DNA from: Bdellovibrionota bacterium
GTDB lineage: Bacteria; Bdellovibrionota_C; UBA2361
Reading direction: 5' to 3'
Assembly (NCBI GenBank): GCA_044352465.1
Contig: JBILDU010000062.1
Location: 1-18,474, forward strand
DNA length: 18,474 nucleotides
The translations under genes and the position numbers were made by a program. Under the pieces are notes generated by a model. That model saw nothing but the letters and a program-made list of their open reading frames with translations. It did no database searches and was not told the origin of the DNA. This document shows positions 15,750-18,474 of this stretch, piece after piece (the first letter of the stretch is position 1; each line of letters opens with the position of its first letter).

Positions 15750-16511
15750 CTAACTCCAGAGGTGAAATGTCAGTATCGTTCGGAATGGCAGTAGACCAGC
15801 GCGTAACGCGGTGAGCTTCGACGGGAAGTTCCAAGTCTGGGTCACTAGGAGAACGTCTCTGGTGGGCTGCGGGCTTTTGAGGGAGTGCTGAGCGGCGAAT
15901 CTGATTAACTCGGTTGCAATTCCTCTATTTCTAAAAGAAGGGCGGGTTCCATAGAGAGCTACTTCGAGGCTCTCACTTTCAGAGACTCGCCAGGCTAAGA
16001 ATCCCGCGACGGTCCGACCATGTAGCCGCACCCATACTCCTGAGTTATTTGCATCGGATTGAGCTAGTCGCTGAAACCAATCCTGATAGCCTCCACGAAT
16101 CCAGTCTTTCGGGATGCGGGTATCCAATGAATAGTGATTCTCGATACCTTGTAGTACCTCACCGCAGAGCTCTTTGCACTCATTGAAGATCTCTGAGTCC
16201 AGATCTTTCAGGGCGATTATGTCGGGACTCGATTTGATAGGACTTCCATCGCCGAGTGCCTCGGTAGGGCCCCGAAATTCCTCCAAAATATCGAATAATC
16301 CGACGTTCGCGCTTAGAAGTGCTTGCCAGGTTCGAAAGTTGAGCACATCGCATCGAGCGATCGTTAGTTTTCCTCTCTTTTTTGCGGCATCAGTCAGTGC
16401 AGCGATGTCGGAGGGCTCAGTACCGACAGGCAGTTGAATCCGATGAACAGGGGAGCCCAGTCTCGCAGACTCAATTGGAGATAACTTAAACAAGTCCTCG
16501 AGGTCAGTCAT
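15750..16511 (-). CDS. GNAT N-acetyltransferase, WecD (dTDP-fucosamine acetyltransferase)-like
   Basis: Acetyl-CoA motif FRNRGIATELI and C-terminal LVTQTWN...FHLW, similar to the WecD VATQxxN motif. It is in an operon with a wecE homologue. Confidence 0.75.
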   Translation of the reverse strand: MTDLEDLFKLSPIESARLGSPVHRIQLPVGTEPSDIAALTDAAKKRGKLTIARCDVLNFRTWQALLSANVGLFDILEEFRGPTEALGDGSPIKSSPDIIALKDLDSEIFNECKELCGEVLQGIENHYSLDTRIPKDWIRGGYQDWFQRLAQSDANNSGVWVRLHGRTVAGFLAWRVSESESLEVALYGTRPSFRNRGIATELIRFAAQHSLKSPQPTRDVLLVTQTWNFPSKLTALRAGLLPFRTILTFHLWS

Positions 16512-17445
16512 TTTTGATCACGTCGGCAACGATGAATGGTGGGTGTCCCATACATCGAGAATGAATCTCTCCCAGATAAAGCCCCTGAATTCCCATAATG
16601 ACCAGTTGAACGCCGGATAGAAAAGATATGATCGAGGCAAGAAACGGGAAGCCAGGTACTGACGGTTCCATCAAGGCACGAATGATAACGTAAGCTAATA
16701 CGAAGAAACTGAATAGTATGACCACGATGCCCAGCAATGTCGCCAGTTGGAGTGGTACGACGGAGAAGGACAGAATAGTTTTGAGGGAATGCTTAATGAG
16801 CTTTGCCGTGGAGTAATTGCTGTGTCCGTATTTTCGTTTCCTGAAGGAGACTCTGTGGCTTGTTGCGGTAAAGCCTGCTGCCGACAGCAAGGCATCGATC
16901 GAAATCGTTGGCCCCTGTGCGCTACGAGCGTAGCTCCGAAACCGACCTGAGATTAGTCGGAAGGCTGAAATCTCAGTGGCGTTACGAATCCCTAGGAATA
17001 ATCTAAAAGCGATTTTTGTGGTGACAGTTACTACCAATCGCGTGATTCCATGAACTGGCTGAAGGGCGTTGGTGCCGTACACGAGATTGAAGCCTTTCGT
17101 GGCGAGTTCCTTCATGGCCGAGAGCTCCTCGAGAGGGTGCTGCAGGTCGTCGTCGATTGTCAGTATCCACTCCCCCGTAGAGTGCAGAATGCCGGCCAAG
17201 AGTGCATTGTGCTGCGAGAAGTTCCTTTCAAGGCGAAGGCCGATCGTGTTTTCTGTGCCTTTTATGATTCGGCATATCTCCGCCCAACTCCCATCGCGAC
17301 TGCCGTCATCAACGAATATAATCTCGATTCCCGATGAGAATAGTGGCGAACAATGCTGACGGATCTCTCTTGAGAGCTGTTCGAGAGAATGCTCGGAGTT
17401 AAATACCGGTATGACGACGGAGAGTTTTTTGCTTGCTTCGGCCAT
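16504..17445 (-). CDS. GT2 polyprenyl-phosphate glycosyltransferase (DPM1-like bacterial, ArnC/GtrB type)
   Basis: SVVIPVFN, FVDDGSRD, RNFSQHNAL, DxD-containing TIDDDLQHP, SAFRL and SNYS motifs, plus two C-terminal TM helices (PLQL...GLYLGEI). Confidence 0.9.
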   Translation of the reverse strand: MAEASKKLSVVIPVFNSEHSLEQLSREIRQHCSPLFSSGIEIIFVDDGSRDGSWAEICRIIKGTENTIGLRLERNFSQHNALLAGILHSTGEWILTIDDDLQHPLEELSAMKELATKGFNLVYGTNALQPVHGITRLVVTVTTKIAFRLFLGIRNATEISAFRLISGRFRSYARSAQGPTISIDALLSAAGFTATSHRVSFRKRKYGHSNYSTAKLIKHSLKTILSFSVVPLQLATLLGIVVILFSFFVLAYVIIRALMEPSVPGFPFLASIISFLSGVQLVIMGIQGLYLGEIHSRCMGHPPFIVADVIKND

Positions 17446-17448
17446 TCG

Positions 17449-18474
17449 CTACTGTTCGAAAAAAGAAATCACGCCCTCGATGACAGATGATTGAGAATCG
17501 TCATCAAGTTCGGGGAATAGCGGTAAGCGCAATAATCTATCGGCGAATCGCTGCGTATTCAGAAGCTCTGGGCCTTGGTATATTTTTTCAAAGAAGGGAC
17601 TCTTATGAAGGGGGAGGTAGTGAAAAACGGCGAGAATGCCCTGCGAGCGAAGAGCCTCGAGGAGCAGCGAGCGCTCCTCCATTGAGCCTGAGAGGAGATA
17701 GAATAAATGGGCGTTATGTTGATAAGCGATATTCTGAGGGGGGAGAACCTTTTCGTCGAGCTTGGTCGCAAAAGCGTCCCAATACGTTGACCAGATTCTA
17801 TGGCGCCGAGCTTGAATATTCTCGCGTCGTTCGAGCTGCCCCCAGAGAAACGCTGCAGTAATGTCGGAGGCAAGAAACGAGGAGCCGATGTCGAGCCACT
17901 CATATTTAGAGACCAACCCGCGCGCTTGGGCAGTTCTGTTGGTGCCTTTCTCGAGAATAATCTCAGCGCGTTCCACGAGAGTATTGTCGTTTACACAGAG
18001 CATTCCGCCCTCTCCGGCGATGATATTTTTTGTTTCGTGAAATGAAAAAGTTGATACCGCGCCAAATCGTCCTAGCGGAGTGCCGTCAGAGTGGTAGGCG
18101 AGCACCGCATGTGCGCAGTCCTCTACGAGAAAGAGATTATGGCGTGCAACAAGTAACATGATTCGTTCCATATCGCACGGCACTCCTCCGTAGTGCACTA
18201 CGACAAGGACTTTTGTCCGCGGCGAAATGAGGGATTCGATGCTATCGCAGCAGATGTTCGGATAGTCTTCTTTGCAATCAGCAAATTTCAGAGTCGCCCC
18301 TCGTAAAGCGAATGCATTTGCGGTCGAAACAAAAGTGTAGCTGGGAAGAATTACCTCATCGCCAGGCCCAACCCGGGACAAAAGAGCCGCCATCTCTAGC
18401 GCGTCGGTGCATGATGACGTCAGTAAAGCACGCTTAAAACCAAAGGACTCCTCGAAGAAAGACATACATTTGCG
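17449..18474 (-). CDS. wecE: dTDP-4-amino-4,6-dideoxygalactose transaminase (DegT/DnrJ family), 5'-truncated by the window edge
   Basis: LLTSSCTDALEMAALL, PSYTFVSTANAF, VHYGG, EDCAH, PLP-lysine motif FSFHETKN, EKGTNR, GSSFL and VFHYLPLH. The frame is open to base 18474 (RKCMSFF...). Confidence 0.93.
   Translation of the reverse strand, partial: RKCMSFFEESFGFKRALLTSSCTDALEMAALLSRVGPGDEVILPSYTFVSTANAFALRGATLKFADCKEDYPNICCDSIESLISPRTKVLVVVHYGGVPCDMERIMLLVARHNLFLVEDCAHAVLAYHSDGTPLGRFGAVSTFSFHETKNIIAGEGGMLCVNDNTLVERAEIILEKGTNRTAQARGLVSKYEWLDIGSSFLASDITAAFLWGQLERRENIQARRHRIWSTYWDAFATKLDEKVLPPQNIAYQHNAHLFYLLSGSMEERSLLLEALRSQGILAVFHYLPLHKSPFFEKIYQGPELLNTQRFADRLLRLPLFPELDDDSQSSVIEGVISFFEQ

Noticed and set aside
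15750..18474. Enterobacterial common antigen (wec) cluster
   Set aside because: Only wecE and a wecD-like gene are present. The gene order differs, a polyprenyl-phosphate GT2 sits between them, and wzxE, wecF, wzyE and wecG do not follow.
1..18474. CRISPR array, rRNA, tRNA, prophage or anti-phage defence genes
   Set aside because: I saw no regularly spaced repeats, RNA-gene signatures, or phage or defence motifs.

Overview
Bacterial genomic DNA from a Gram-negative organism; a deltaproteobacterial/Bdellovibrionota-like origin is my impression from gene style, not something I can prove. The left ~8.7 kb is GC-richer and housekeeping-like. It holds a 5'-truncated TPR protein, a LolB/DUF4292-like lipoprotein, a convergent three-gene ABC exporter operon, a 61-aa acidic orphan gene flanked by two structured non-coding stretches, trmB, a divergent methyltransferase-like gene and a secreted hypothetical protein. 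The right ~9.7 kb is a visibly AT-richer surface-glycan island. It holds two GT-C-fold membrane glycosyltransferase candidates, an O-antigen ligase/Wzy_C protein, a SAM methyltransferase and the end of a wecE-GT2-wecD-like operon, interrupted by an IS66 remnant (not in the ORF track), an IS21 istB remnant and a decayed membrane-protein fragment. The best candidate for an undescribed system is an Arn/Gtr-like lipid-carrier pathway that would use dTDP-Fuc4N(Ac) rather than L-Ara4N or glucose, with a G10 tract in one transferase that could make it phase-variable. The second candidate is the small-protein locus with a three-way-junction RNA leader. All calls come from reading motifs by eye; no database searches were run.
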